Source of the DNA: a virus
Lineage: Duplodnaviria > Caudoviricetes
Length of the DNA: 32,875 bases
Reading direction: 5' to 3' (one strand)
IMG/VR virus record: IMGVR_UViG_3300032225_002522
Span: 1 to 32,875 of that record
The notes beneath the pieces are model-generated. The model worked only from the letters and a program-made list of their open reading frames with translations. It was not told the DNA's origin and ran no database searches. The stretch's first letter is position 1; each line of letters starts with the position of its first letter. A program made the translations under genes and the position numbers. Below are positions 1 through 9,124 of this stretch, piece by piece.

Positions 1-381
1 AACGCGTCAAACCTTTTCTGGCAAGATAGCAAGATCCGTTGGGTTGACCCGAGAGGAGAGTTCTGGGGACACTGGCTCCATGACGTTGCAAAAGCCACAA
101 TGTCTTTTCTTCACTTTTATGACCACGTTGATTGCCAGGAGACAGCATCGGCGGACCACAAGGAGTTCTACGTAAACGTCGGATGCATCGAAAGCTACTA
201 CAATATGACAGCTCTCTTTGAGCAATGCATTTTACAACCGCTATCACAAGAGGAAAGGCACTTTGTTGGTCTTGTTGAAGCTTCTCTGTTCTTGTCTTGC
301 ATACCGCTACACTACGACAGACCAAAATCTCAAATGACCTTCGCCGCCATTGGCTCTAGACTAGCAAAGCAACTCCTATGA
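1..381 (+). CDS. 5'-truncated APH/choline-kinase-fold kinase of the capsule-locus (BcbE-like) type, C-terminal part
   Basis: Frame 1 is open from base 1: NASNLFWQDSKIRWVDPRGEFWGHWLHDVAKATMS...YD...ASLFLSCIPLHYD. This resembles the SN..IDPRG..YDxAK..YD..SLFLSMxPLHxD pattern of capsule-associated APH-like kinases. The stop overlaps the next ATG (ATGA, 378-381). Confidence 0.7.
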   Translation, partial: NASNLFWQDSKIRWVDPRGEFWGHWLHDVAKATMSFLHFYDHVDCQETASADHKEFYVNVGCIESYYNMTALFEQCILQPLSQEERHFVGLVEASLFLSCIPLHYDRPKSQMTFAAIGSRLAKQLL

Positions 382-1262
382 AAAGACCTTCTGATATCCG
401 CGATTTGTTTGTATACTTTGTTGAGGAGCGGGAGCGTATACGAGTTATGCGAGACTGCTTGGGTGACTTGCCGCCGTACACGGAAGACCCAACCCTCCAG
501 AAATACAGCTTTTGCAATGTCAACCGAGAGCACGACCGTGTCACCCGTTGGGTTGCTGACAACGTCCGTAACCTGGAAATCACACACGAACAGATGGTTC
601 TGAACATTGCGGTGGCTAGGATCTTCAACGAGCCAAGAACACTGAAGCACCTTCTGCCGTTCTCGAAGCCCAAGTCTCTTGTTATGAAAGTGGCTCGGCT
701 GAAGCGGGACAACCCAGATGTGTCCCTCTTTCGTGGTGCGTATATGATGCCGTCACATGGTACGTCTGGTAAGGGTGTCTGTTCTTTCGAGTATTGGTGT
801 AACAATGTTGTGAGCCTCGAACAACTCAGCTTGCAAGAATGTGACAGCCTCCGATCCCTATCCGATGTAATCAGGCAAGCGAAAGGGTTTGGCGACTTCC
901 TTGCGAACCAGATTTGCACAGACATGCGATACACCAGATTCTACCCTACAAGTAGGACACCGGATTGGACGACGTTCGTCCTTGCTGGTCCAGGTACACA
1001 ACGAGGTATGGCGAGATACTACAAGACAAAACCGTTTGGGCCAAACGTGTTCCGCCAGTCTAGAGGATGCAACCAAGAGAGGCTTGTGGCGTTACGCGAA
1101 GAACTTTCAAGTGTTGTGAGCCCGAACATTCTGAGCCACTTCCAGGACATCAACAACCTTTCCAACTGCTTCTGCGAGTTTGACAAATTCTGCAGAGCGA
1201 TTGACATAGCACCTTCTGACACTCGACACAGAGTTGGGCTGAGGGAATTCAAGAAACGATAA
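378..1262 (+). CDS. aGPT-Pplase clade 1 / 5-hmdU DNA kinase helical-domain family protein (thymidine hypermodification)
   Basis: Motifs ERERIR..PPYTEDPTLQKYSFCNVNREHDRVTRW, RIFN, GAY, GFGDFLANQICTD, GPGTQRG and NCFCEFDKF; adjacent to a thymidylate synthase homologue. Confidence 0.8.
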   Translation: MKRPSDIRDLFVYFVEERERIRVMRDCLGDLPPYTEDPTLQKYSFCNVNREHDRVTRWVADNVRNLEITHEQMVLNIAVARIFNEPRTLKHLLPFSKPKSLVMKVARLKRDNPDVSLFRGAYMMPSHGTSGKGVCSFEYWCNNVVSLEQLSLQECDSLRSLSDVIRQAKGFGDFLANQICTDMRYTRFYPTSRTPDWTTFVLAGPGTQRGMARYYKTKPFGPNVFRQSRGCNQERLVALREELSSVVSPNILSHFQDINNLSNCFCEFDKFCRAIDIAPSDTRHRVGLREFKKR

Positions 1263-1299
1263 CAACAACAACAACAACAACAACAATAACAACAAACAT
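1261..1299 (+). repeat. (AAC)8 microsatellite plus degenerate units, filling the leader of the TS-like gene
   Basis: aac x8 at 1261-1284, then aat aac aac aaa cat, then ATG at 1300. Confidence 0.9.
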
Positions 1300-2358
1300 A
1301 TGATAGCCACACAAGCAAGAAACATGCATGATCTCACAAAGAACCTGCTCCCGGAGTTCGGTCGCATTGGAATCTCTGAAGAAACACGCAACGGGACTGT
1401 GCTCCGGTTGCCAGGGGTTGTATGCGCGGAGTTGAGTTCCCCGATGGAGAACGTGTGCCTCTTTGAAGCGCGGGATGCAAACCCGTTTTTCCATTTGATC
1501 GAAGCCATGGCGATGCTCGTCGGATACAACTCCAATACGCTGTTGTCCTACTTCGCAAGCAACATGAACAATTTCAGCGACGACGGACTTACATACAACG
1601 CATTCTACGGTTCAAGAGCAAGGACAACTTTTGGCGACCAGCTCCTGGCTTGCATCAACATGCTTCACAAAGAGCCGAACACCAGAAGGGCAGTTGTGAC
1701 TCTTGTAGATCCGGCGGATTTGACAAAGGAGACAAAGGATGCTGCGTGCAACCTTTCCATGGTCTTCAGTATCCAGGATGAAAAGGTTTGCATGACAACC
1801 TACAACCGCTCCAACGATGCCATCTGGGGTTACTTGACAGGCGCGAACATGGTTCACTTCCCGTTCTTCCAGCTCTTTGTGGCGAACTCTCTTGGTCTTG
1901 AGCTTGGGTCTTGGACACATGTGAGTTGCAACATGCACGTCTACGTCTGGAACGAGAAGTATCAGAAACTTTGTGACAGTGTCAGAACGGCTTCAAGGGA
2001 TCTTATCAACCCTTACGATGCGTTTGGGTTGACTTGGTCGCCGTTGTTCCACAGACCACTGCGGAAAGTGTTTGAAGATCAGATGACATTTCTGCTCACA
2101 AGAATGGAAAGTAATATCAGGCATGAAAAGTTTGAGACGGCACAGGATCCGTCATTCTACTTACCGTTCATAGGCAGAGTTGTCGTGCCAATGTTCAACG
2201 CTTTTCAGGTGTACAAGGCACACAAGGCTGGGCTTTTAGACCATGCTGCCGCTTTGTCTGATTGCCAATTCTGGCTTGACAAGATGCCAGAAGGTAATGA
2301 TTGGTGCTTTGCCGCCAAGAGTTGGCTTTCGAAGCGGTTCAAGACCGAAAAGATGTGA
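1300..2358 (+). CDS. Thymidylate synthase homologue, probably dUMP hydroxymethylase (5-hmdUMP synthase)
   Basis: RDANPFFHLIEAMAMLVG, TRRAV, catalytic Cys in DAACN, RSNDAIWG..GAN (Asn at the dUMP-specifying position) and NMHVY; context next to aGPT-Pplase1. Confidence 0.8.
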   Translation: MIATQARNMHDLTKNLLPEFGRIGISEETRNGTVLRLPGVVCAELSSPMENVCLFEARDANPFFHLIEAMAMLVGYNSNTLLSYFASNMNNFSDDGLTYNAFYGSRARTTFGDQLLACINMLHKEPNTRRAVVTLVDPADLTKETKDAACNLSMVFSIQDEKVCMTTYNRSNDAIWGYLTGANMVHFPFFQLFVANSLGLELGSWTHVSCNMHVYVWNEKYQKLCDSVRTASRDLINPYDAFGLTWSPLFHRPLRKVFEDQMTFLLTRMESNIRHEKFETAQDPSFYLPFIGRVVVPMFNAFQVYKAHKAGLLDHAAALSDCQFWLDKMPEGNDWCFAAKSWLSKRFKTEKM

Positions 2359-2509
2359 AAAATCTCCCTCCCGCAGCCCTCATAAAATCTAGAAAAACGA
2401 AAATAGTTTGAGAATTCGCTTTACGTTTTTGTGAAAATAGTGCACATTGTGTCTGTCGCCCTGAGCGGCTCTAACCTCAAACCAAACTACTACTACTACT
2501 ACTACCATG
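2359..2509 (+). repeat. Promoter/leader repeat, copy 1 of 3
   Basis: Near-identical to 29723-29864 and 32723-32864: 6 substitutions versus copy 3, plus (TAC)6 instead of (TAC)3. Begins right after a stop codon and ends at an ATG. Confidence 0.95.
2415..2448 (+). promoter_or_regulatory. Putative sigma70-like promoter inside repeat copy 1
   Basis: TTCGC-TTTACG (2420-2425), 17-nt spacer, CACATT (2443-2448), with A-tracts upstream. Confidence 0.6.
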
Positions 2510-2704
2510 AAAGCAAAACCATTACACAATTACAAGCTGTTGGGAACTGATATCGTTCTTGATGTTCAAAAGACCTATGGATTCTCCCATGCCACCACTC
2601 AACCCGATTGGAAGGAAAAAGGTTTGATCTTTATTCATGAGCGCAAGTATGATCCCGTAGGGGTTCTATTGGAGCGTGGGGAATACCTGATCGTTGAAAA
2701 CTAA
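2507..2704 (+). CDS. Hypothetical protein (65 aa)
   Basis: The ATG lies directly at the end of repeat copy 1. Confidence 0.7.
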   Translation: MKAKPLHNYKLLGTDIVLDVQKTYGFSHATTQPDWKEKGLIFIHERKYDPVGVLLERGEYLIVEN

Positions 2705-2748
2705 ACGATAACAACACCATGTTTGTTGATTACAAAACTACTACTACC

Positions 2749-3048
2749 ATGAACACTACTACCAAAAGAGTTTCCGCCACCGAAAAAGAGTTCCACCGCA
2801 CGATGAAACGGTTCAGCGACCAGGGTCACGATGTCCGGATGATCGTGACCCCTGCGAGCGAATACTTTGGCGAGTCCGTCGCCTTTGATGTCTTCGGTAA
2901 CAGCGCGTATGCAGCATTCACTCTCCGCAAATCAGGAGGGTTACGTAAGCGTACAACCGTTATGACCTTTGGCATGATCAACGGCAAAAAGGTATCCCTC
3001 AGAGATGCAATTCGCCGTATTGGAACCCCTGACAAAAAGAACGAATGA
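2749..3048 (+). CDS. Hypothetical protein (about 99 aa, MNTTTKRVS...)
   Basis: Leader aaactactactaccATG is the same as in the repeats, and the stop overlaps the next gene (ATGA). An alternative start exists at 2719. Confidence 0.7.
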   Translation: MNTTTKRVSATEKEFHRTMKRFSDQGHDVRMIVTPASEYFGESVAFDVFGNSAYAAFTLRKSGGLRKRTTVMTFGMINGKKVSLRDAIRRIGTPDKKNE

Positions 3049-3527
3049 GCACCCTATCGAAGCAAGTTGGCGGCTCCCACTACAAGACAGTGGGAGTTCA
3101 GCACGTAATGTTCTGCATGTACAACGGCATCCCTTGGTGCGAAAGCTGCGCGACCAAGTACATCGCAAGGCACAAACGTAAGAACGGGTTGGAGGACATC
3201 CGCAAGGCGATCCACTACTTGGAGTTGCTGAACGCTTTGATCTACCAAGCTGAGCAAGACAAGTGTCAATGGTACAAGAAGTTTTGCCGGAACAACGGCG
3301 CGATCAACACGGATTTCCTGCCAGAGAGAATGGATCCGGCGAAGTTTGTCATACCAGTGGCACAGTTTCTTAAGGACAACGAGATTGACGGTCTCGAAGC
3401 GGTTGCGTGCAAAGAGATCCTGTCGCACCAAGTTGGCGACGGTGAAGTTGCCATCCTGAGAGCGATTGAGGCTCTCCGGAAGATCGAGGAGACCTATCTC
3501 AGTCGACCGGAGCACCTCTTGTCTTAG
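3045..3527 (+). CDS. DUF3310 (T7 gp1.7/SaV-like) protein with an internally duplicated domain
   Basis: KQVGGSHY...KYIARHKRKNGLEDIRKAIHYLELL signature; a second degenerate copy at about aa 108-144. Confidence 0.8.
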   Translation: MSTLSKQVGGSHYKTVGVQHVMFCMYNGIPWCESCATKYIARHKRKNGLEDIRKAIHYLELLNALIYQAEQDKCQWYKKFCRNNGAINTDFLPERMDPAKFVIPVAQFLKDNEIDGLEAVACKEILSHQVGDGEVAILRAIEALRKIEETYLSRPEHLLS

Positions 3528-6500
3528 ATCACGATGGAGGCTTCTGGGCTCATGCTCTCCTCTGTCCCCCACTTGTCCACAGCGGATACCCGCCAGTAGG
3601 TGGTAACAACGGCGGTAACGCTTGATGTGTTCCCGTAGGCAGCGACAGTGGCGACTAGGTTTCCCGGTCCAGGGGTAAATCCAATTGTGGTAGAGGCGTA
3701 GACCTTGCAGTGCTTGAGATCGTCGTCGTATCCATGTTCCCACACAACTGGGTAAACACTCCCTGTTGGCGATCCTGCGGAAAGCGAAAGAGGTGCTGTG
3801 GGTGTTGGGTTGGTAAAGACCACTTCGTCAGAGTAAGGTCCATTCCCGATAGCGTTTTCCGCTCGGATGATTACCCCTATCTCACGATCCAAGGATACCG
3901 CCGCGATCGCAGCACCGTTTGTAGCGTTTGCCAAAGAAAAGGTCGTGGATGTCCCCGTGGACGTCTTCTCGTAGATCATGGTCGCACCGATGAAGAATTG
4001 CAAGCGATACGAGGTCGCCAGATCGTTCCTATCCCATTTCAGGTAAAGGACATCTCCGGTAAACTCTTCCTGCGCTTCGAGTCCGGTAACAGCATCTGGC
4101 TCCGTCGTTGCGCTTCCTACTGTGCCAGTCCAAGTAGCCGCTGGACCAGCACCCACGTTTACTGCGTAGACTTTGACCCAGAGAGAACCCGCTTCAACGG
4201 GGAATGTGCAGTTGGAGACCGTTACTCGCTGAACAAACACATAGTTCGTGCCATCAAGAGATTTACTCACGATGTAGTAGGCGGCTCCCAAAGAAGGGGT
4301 CCAGCTTGCGACGTAGTCCGTCAGACTTCCAGGGAACGCTTGAACGGTGAGACCTCCAACGGAAGGTGCAGAGGGGTCTGCAGGGACATCGAAGAAGTAG
4401 TCCAACGCGGGTGGCTCGGCAAGGGCAAACCCATACACCCTTTCGTCGTATGGCACCGCTGTGACCCGTATCTTGTGAGGAGCGGTTGACTCGAGCTTCA
4501 CAATCTTGCAAAGGGTATACTCCCTACCACTCACACCGAACCAGTATAACGGCTGCTCAGAACTGTCTTCAACTTCGGTGTCTGAAATGTCAAGCTCAAC
4601 TTGCAGGACAACCAAGTTTGGATTCTCATCCGGATCAGCTTCACAGATGTACGGACCACGGACAACCCCTTTCCGGTTGCGGAAGGATATCCGATGGACT
4701 TCACCGAACTCAAACTCTGCTTCGACAGGCAGCAAGATTGTCGTGAAAGTGTCAGGTCCAACAACCTTTGTTCCAAAAGAGTTCGCCATCAGTCTCCCGG
4801 ATTGGTTGGGTTCAAATGAGCTCTCGGAGAGAAGGGTTTCGTGTTTGACAGCAATCAAATCTCCGTACACCGCTGTGCCTCCTTCGAGTCCTGTCTCAAA
4901 AACGACGTTGTCCGTATGGTAAATTTCAACTGCTCTTTGGTACATACCCCATCGGTAAGCTCTCGCTCTGCTTGTGCATCCGAGCAGCTTCAGTTGTCTT
5001 GGGTTGAGACCTTTGTCCGTGCCAACCAAGCAGAGAACCGTTCTCCGCTTCCAGGTGGCTTCATCAATGTATTCAACTTCAATGCCATCCGTGCTTGCGT
5101 AGCTGTAGAGTTTCGAGCTGACTGTCACGGAGTCAAGACCGATGTTGTTGCCATTGAACCCAAGGGTCGGTATCGTCTTCGGCACATCCCGCACAACGGA
5201 TATCAATCCTGCCGGAACAACAGGAACTGCATTGGCCACCGCGAGGATGTTCTGAAGTGCTGTCCAAACTGTGCCGCGTTGGGAGAACGTCCCGTCAAAC
5301 CAGATCTCCTCTTCCTCAAGATCAGCCGCGAGTTCCGAGAAAGCAACAAGATCTATTGACTTGCTAAGAAGCCTTCTTCCATACTTCGCGCGCAGGACAT
5401 CAAGAGCAGCCCATACAGGGTTCCGCGTGATCTGCTTCGTCCATGCTCCTGTTCCTGAATTGTACACAGGCAAGATGCTTGTGCTTATGACGTTGAACCC
5501 ACTCTTGGAACTATCGTTCAAGTTGTCTGTGGCTCTCGCCTTGATCGCGAGAAGCGTCACGTTGCCAAAGTTCTGTTCAGTCTCGCAGAAAGCACGGAGG
5601 CTGTCCCAATGAATGGTATCTCGGATCCGGAAGTTCTCATCCTTGTCATTCGTTCGCCTTGCTCTCACTTCGTATCGTCCTGAAGGCACCGACAGAGACA
5701 TGGTAAACCGTTGTGGCTTCTGGCTGTCATCTGTGCGCGAGAAGGTCGTGAGTGCAGTCCAACTTCCGACCGGATCCCCTTCGTCGTCTACTTCGCGATA
5801 CTCGGCTTCTACAGAGACAGTAGTGCTCTTTGGTTGCCTTTGCTGTCCATTTTGTAGAGACCTTGACGGCAAGAAAAGTCCAGCTCCAAGGTGTAAGATT
5901 TGCTGCCAGCAGAACAAGCCACAAATGGACCTGTCCACTCTTCGTAGTCATCTTCGTTTGGTCCATAGAGTTCTATACCCCCCACTTCGGTGGAGGTTTG
6001 AACGTTGGTCGGGAAAAGGGTTACTTGCTCTCCTGGAGGAACAAGCTCATACGTGATGTCTTGGAAGTTTTCGATCAGCGTGTCCTCCACTTGAATTGCT
6101 TCAACGTCGTACTCGCCAAGACCGATGCAGAGAAGCGCGAACAAATACTGATCGTTGTCGTAGTATTGGTTGTAAGGTCTTGACATGTAACTTGGCCATG
6201 TCCTTGTCCGTCCGTAGCTCCTTTCAATTGGCTCTCCCAGTCTTGCTTGATTCTTCTGTCCACGGAGAGTGTAAAGCGGGTCAGACTCCGCGTCGCCGTT
6301 TACACTGGCAGGAGGTATAGAAATCAAGAAGTAGATGGCTACTGCGATCAGGATTGAAAGCAACAGGAGGATCGCGATGTTGTAGCCAACTACAGGAGTC
6401 ACAATGACAATCGCATTGTCACTGTACACCTTGTTCCAAGTGTCCTCCGAAACCTTTTGGCTGTCAACGATGCACGCCTTGTTGGTCATGACCAACCCCT

Positions 6501-6600
6501 TCTCCGCGATGAAGGAGTTGATAGAGGTGCCTGGCAGATCAAAGAACTCACAATCCTTGAGCGGTTGCATGGGGTTCTTTACGATGGCAAATCTTGGCAT
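3524..6600 (-). CDS. Tail tip / host-specificity protein J-like, interrupted by a one-base frameshift near 5830
   Basis: The N-part (5809-6600) has NQARLGEPIERSYG..WPS..QYLFALLCIGLGEY. The C-part (3524-5830) has SVEAEYREVDD..GRYEVRARR..TRNPVWAALD and C-terminal FN3-like repeats. The two frames join at GLYKMDSKGN/(x)KSTTVSV. Confidence 0.85.
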
Positions 6601-6986
6601 ACTGGTCGTCTTTGTTTGTGGTGGTAGAACTGGACTGTGTCAAACTCGCTGAGGAGAGTTTTCAGTTTGGAGAAGCAAGAGAAAGTGTTTTCGGAGAGGT
6701 GAAGTATCATGACTTCCTCCGTCAAGACACCAACGTGGTAGCGCAAACCCTTTCTCCCGAACACTGCAACGTCTCCGACGGCTGGCTCCTCCGTTGTTTC
6801 CCAAGTGTCCTCATCTTTGGAGCGAAGTGCTATCGCCTTTTCCGCGTCACGGACAGCATTGCTGACAGAGATTACTTGCGGCTCCAGCTTGATACCAAAC
6901 TCGTTGTTGTAGATGTAGCAAACAAAGTCCCAGCAATTGAAGTCTGGCTTCCAACGGAATCCTAGGTATTTTGTTGGCGCGTTCAT
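6579..6986 (-). CDS. NlpC/P60 tail assembly protein (lambda K-like)
   Basis: FNCWDFV...GDVAVF...YHVGV...ILHL; ATGA overlap with the upstream gene at 6983-6986. Confidence 0.85.
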   Translation of the reverse strand: MNAPTKYLGFRWKPDFNCWDFVCYIYNNEFGIKLEPQVISVSNAVRDAEKAIALRSKDEDTWETTEEPAVGDVAVFGRKGLRYHVGVLTEEVMILHLSENTFSCFSKLKTLLSEFDTVQFYHHKQRRPVCQDLPS

Positions 6987-8053
6987 TGCAAAGACGGACA
7001 CTTGGTTGGTGTGTAGAACTCGTTCGGGAAATTCGCATTGTGGAGATCAATCCAAGAAAGCTGACAAGACACAAGAGACCCTTTGATTTCGAAGTCCGTT
7101 GCGTACAGCTTCAGTGGCGGGACGTTCTGTGGTCCACTTGTGTCTCCTTCTTCGTAGATACGGATTATGACTTCTAGGGGCAGCGTGTATGCTTTGGCAC
7201 GAGTGAGGAAACGGGATACTTGCAAATCCGAATTATCAATAGTCACAGGCACACCGATGGAGCCTTCCTCTCCACTGGTGAACGGCTCAATTGAGAAAGA
7301 CCTTTGGAGGAAATCCACTTCCGCGCCTGTTTCAATGAGAGCTGTGAAGTTTCGGTTGTCATTGACAAGATAGATCGGATCTTCAACCGGAGAAGCAATG
7401 CCGCGCAGCACGGATATGATCTCCTCGGTCAGGAGCTCTCCCGTAGTTTCTTCAAGCCGTGCGCCACGAGTCACCTCAGCGAGACTGTCATAGTCTTCAT
7501 CTGAGAGGGAGATGCCATAGAAGAAAAAGATTGACTCGTTCAACAGTGCGTTCCTTGCTTGTGAAAGTGTGCTCCCCCTTTCGTGACTGCCAACATCGGA
7601 GACAAGGATAGCCGCTCTGGCGGCTTCGTGATCCCAAGGCAGTTCCCTTGCAGCCATCTTGGCAGCTCCAAATCCGTTCTCGAGGGAATCCCCTCCCCCG
7701 CTTACGCTAATCGCACCAAGGATGTCAAGCGCGCCACCCAGGTCGTAAAAAGGCTCACCCCCAGAAAGGACGATCTTGGTTTCTCCAGGTCCCTCGTCTT
7801 TGAACGTAACAATGGAGTAACGTATCACCGGAAACTCTTCTGCCAGACCTGCCGCGACACCTTCGATCGCCGTGATGAACTCCGCGATCCTTGAAGCCAT
7901 GGATCCAGTTGTGTCGATCAAGAAGACAAGGTCAAGTTGCTCACCAACATCGGTGGCAACTTGCCGTATCTCCAAAGTTTGTATCTCCCTCGTGTTGACA
8001 GGGAACACGTTCCTGAGCTCAAACAGTCGGTCACTTTGTGTCGTATCGGGCAT
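6983..8053 (-). CDS. DUF1833-like tail hub protein with an inserted von Willebrand factor A domain
   Basis: DUF1833-like N-terminus (IQTLEIR) and C-terminus (PIYLVND..IDNSD..GPQ..PPLKL..NANFPNEFYTPTKCPSL) surround a vWA domain (LDLVFLIDTTGSM, GGGDSLE, AILVSD). Confidence 0.8.
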   Translation of the reverse strand: MPDTTQSDRLFELRNVFPVNTREIQTLEIRQVATDVGEQLDLVFLIDTTGSMASRIAEFITAIEGVAAGLAEEFPVIRYSIVTFKDEGPGETKIVLSGGEPFYDLGGALDILGAISVSGGGDSLENGFGAAKMAARELPWDHEAARAAILVSDVGSHERGSTLSQARNALLNESIFFFYGISLSDEDYDSLAEVTRGARLEETTGELLTEEIISVLRGIASPVEDPIYLVNDNRNFTALIETGAEVDFLQRSFSIEPFTSGEEGSIGVPVTIDNSDLQVSRFLTRAKAYTLPLEVIIRIYEEGDTSGPQNVPPLKLYATDFEIKGSLVSCQLSWIDLHNANFPNEFYTPTKCPSLQ

Positions 8054-8064
8054 GGGGAGTCTGT

Positions 8065-8604
8065 TCAGAGATTCAAAAAAGCCTCAATCGCTGAACAATA
8101 TGCCATGGCGACTTCTTCCTGGTGGTTCTTGAAAAACTCATTCTCCTTTGGGTTGCTGTGGAAGAACGGTTCAGTCAGGACAGCTGCTCCGGGAGACTTC
8201 ACAAGGAATCCTGCACCATCGCCTCTCGGTGTGTGAAAGATCCCCTTGTCTTGCCTTGGACGGCTGTTTGGGAACTTGCTTTGAAAAGCATTCGCAAAGC
8301 AACGGGCAAGCGACTCTCTTGCGTTGTAATGGAACTGATGTCCGTTGGCTTGAGGATCGTCAACATCGTTGTAATGCAACTCAACGCATACCTTGTTGTT
8401 CGGTTGTGCGGCTCTCACAGCAGCTGCCATTGCGTCTTGGCGAGCTCCGTAGGATTTTATCTTGTGGTCGTAGAGGAAGACTTCCAACCCCAGTGAGACA
8501 AGTGCTGTAGCCATGAGAGAGCGCACTTTGATGTTGTACAGTCTCTCCCCTTCAGCACCCCCTCCTGGCTCGTGACCCACGATTAAGGCAATTTGTGTTT
8601 TCAT
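8065..8604 (-). CDS. Endolysin, N-acetylmuramoyl-L-alanine amidase (Amidase_3)
   Basis: ALIVGH..E..VELHYN..AVLTEPFF zinc-amidase motifs. Confidence 0.85.
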   Translation of the reverse strand: MKTQIALIVGHEPGGGAEGERLYNIKVRSLMATALVSLGLEVFLYDHKIKSYGARQDAMAAAVRAAQPNNKVCVELHYNDVDDPQANGHQFHYNARESLARCFANAFQSKFPNSRPRQDKGIFHTPRGDGAGFLVKSPGAAVLTEPFFHSNPKENEFFKNHQEEVAMAYCSAIEAFLNL

Positions 8605-8631
8605 ACTCGAGCTTCAGCGGGGGTGTTTGGC

Positions 8632-8838
8632 TTACTTGTTGCCGCCGTCGTCTTGGGTGACAGTCTTCACTGCACCTCCGATGCCTGTGGCGCCAGTCGC
8701 GATGTCAGAACCGGATATGGTGGTTGCTTTGGTTGTCGTCACAGTTCCGTCAGGAGCTGTTACAGTGGTTTCAGTTGTCACGCATGATACAGCTGCAAGT
8801 GTGAGGGTTGAGATAATGCTAATGTGTCGTAGTTTCAT
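8632..8838 (-). CDS. Small Thr-rich lipoprotein in the lysis cassette
   Basis: Signal peptide with lipobox AVS-C. Confidence 0.65.
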   Translation of the reverse strand: MKLRHISIISTLTLAAVSCVTTETTVTAPDGTVTTTKATTISGSDIATGATGIGGAVKTVTQDDGGNK

Positions 8839-9124
8839 ATTTTTTGATGTTCAGTTTTCTGTAATACGCTTTGAGGGAGAATACTATCACTAGGAAGAAG
8901 TGGTTCAAACACTCAACAACAATCAAGCTGTCATGATGAACTGGATACCCAATTTTGGCATTGTGTGCAATCTGGTAGAGGTAGGTCACATTGGCGCATT
9001 CGACTACCATCAATGCTGCCTTTGCCCACCGCAGCGGGGTTCTCTCCCCGTCGCGGAGTAAAGACATAGCCCACAACAGAACCAATGCTGTGAGAACGTG
9101 CAAAATGATTAGCATATAAATCAT
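8819..9124 (-). CDS. Small membrane protein (holin/antiholin candidate)
   Basis: About 3 hydrophobic segments, basic C-terminus, located in the lysis cassette. Confidence 0.55.
   Translation of the reverse strand: MIYMLIILHVLTALVLLWAMSLLRDGERTPLRWAKAALMVVECANVTYLYQIAHNAKIGYPVHHDSLIVVECLNHFFLVIVFSLKAYYRKLNIKKYETTTH

Noticed and set aside
1019-1535. Minus-strand ORFs with poly-Cys, poly-Leu or poly-Val runs
   Set aside because: They are translations of the (AAC)n tract, antisense to well-supported genes.
3521-3530. Terminator at the convergence of the two arms
   Set aside because: The two stop codons overlap (3524-3527), leaving no intergenic space, and no hairpin is evident.
3524-5938. 804-aa ORF as an independent gene starting at 5938
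   Set aside because: Its first ~37 residues are the wrong frame of J; J-like sequence begins only near 5830.
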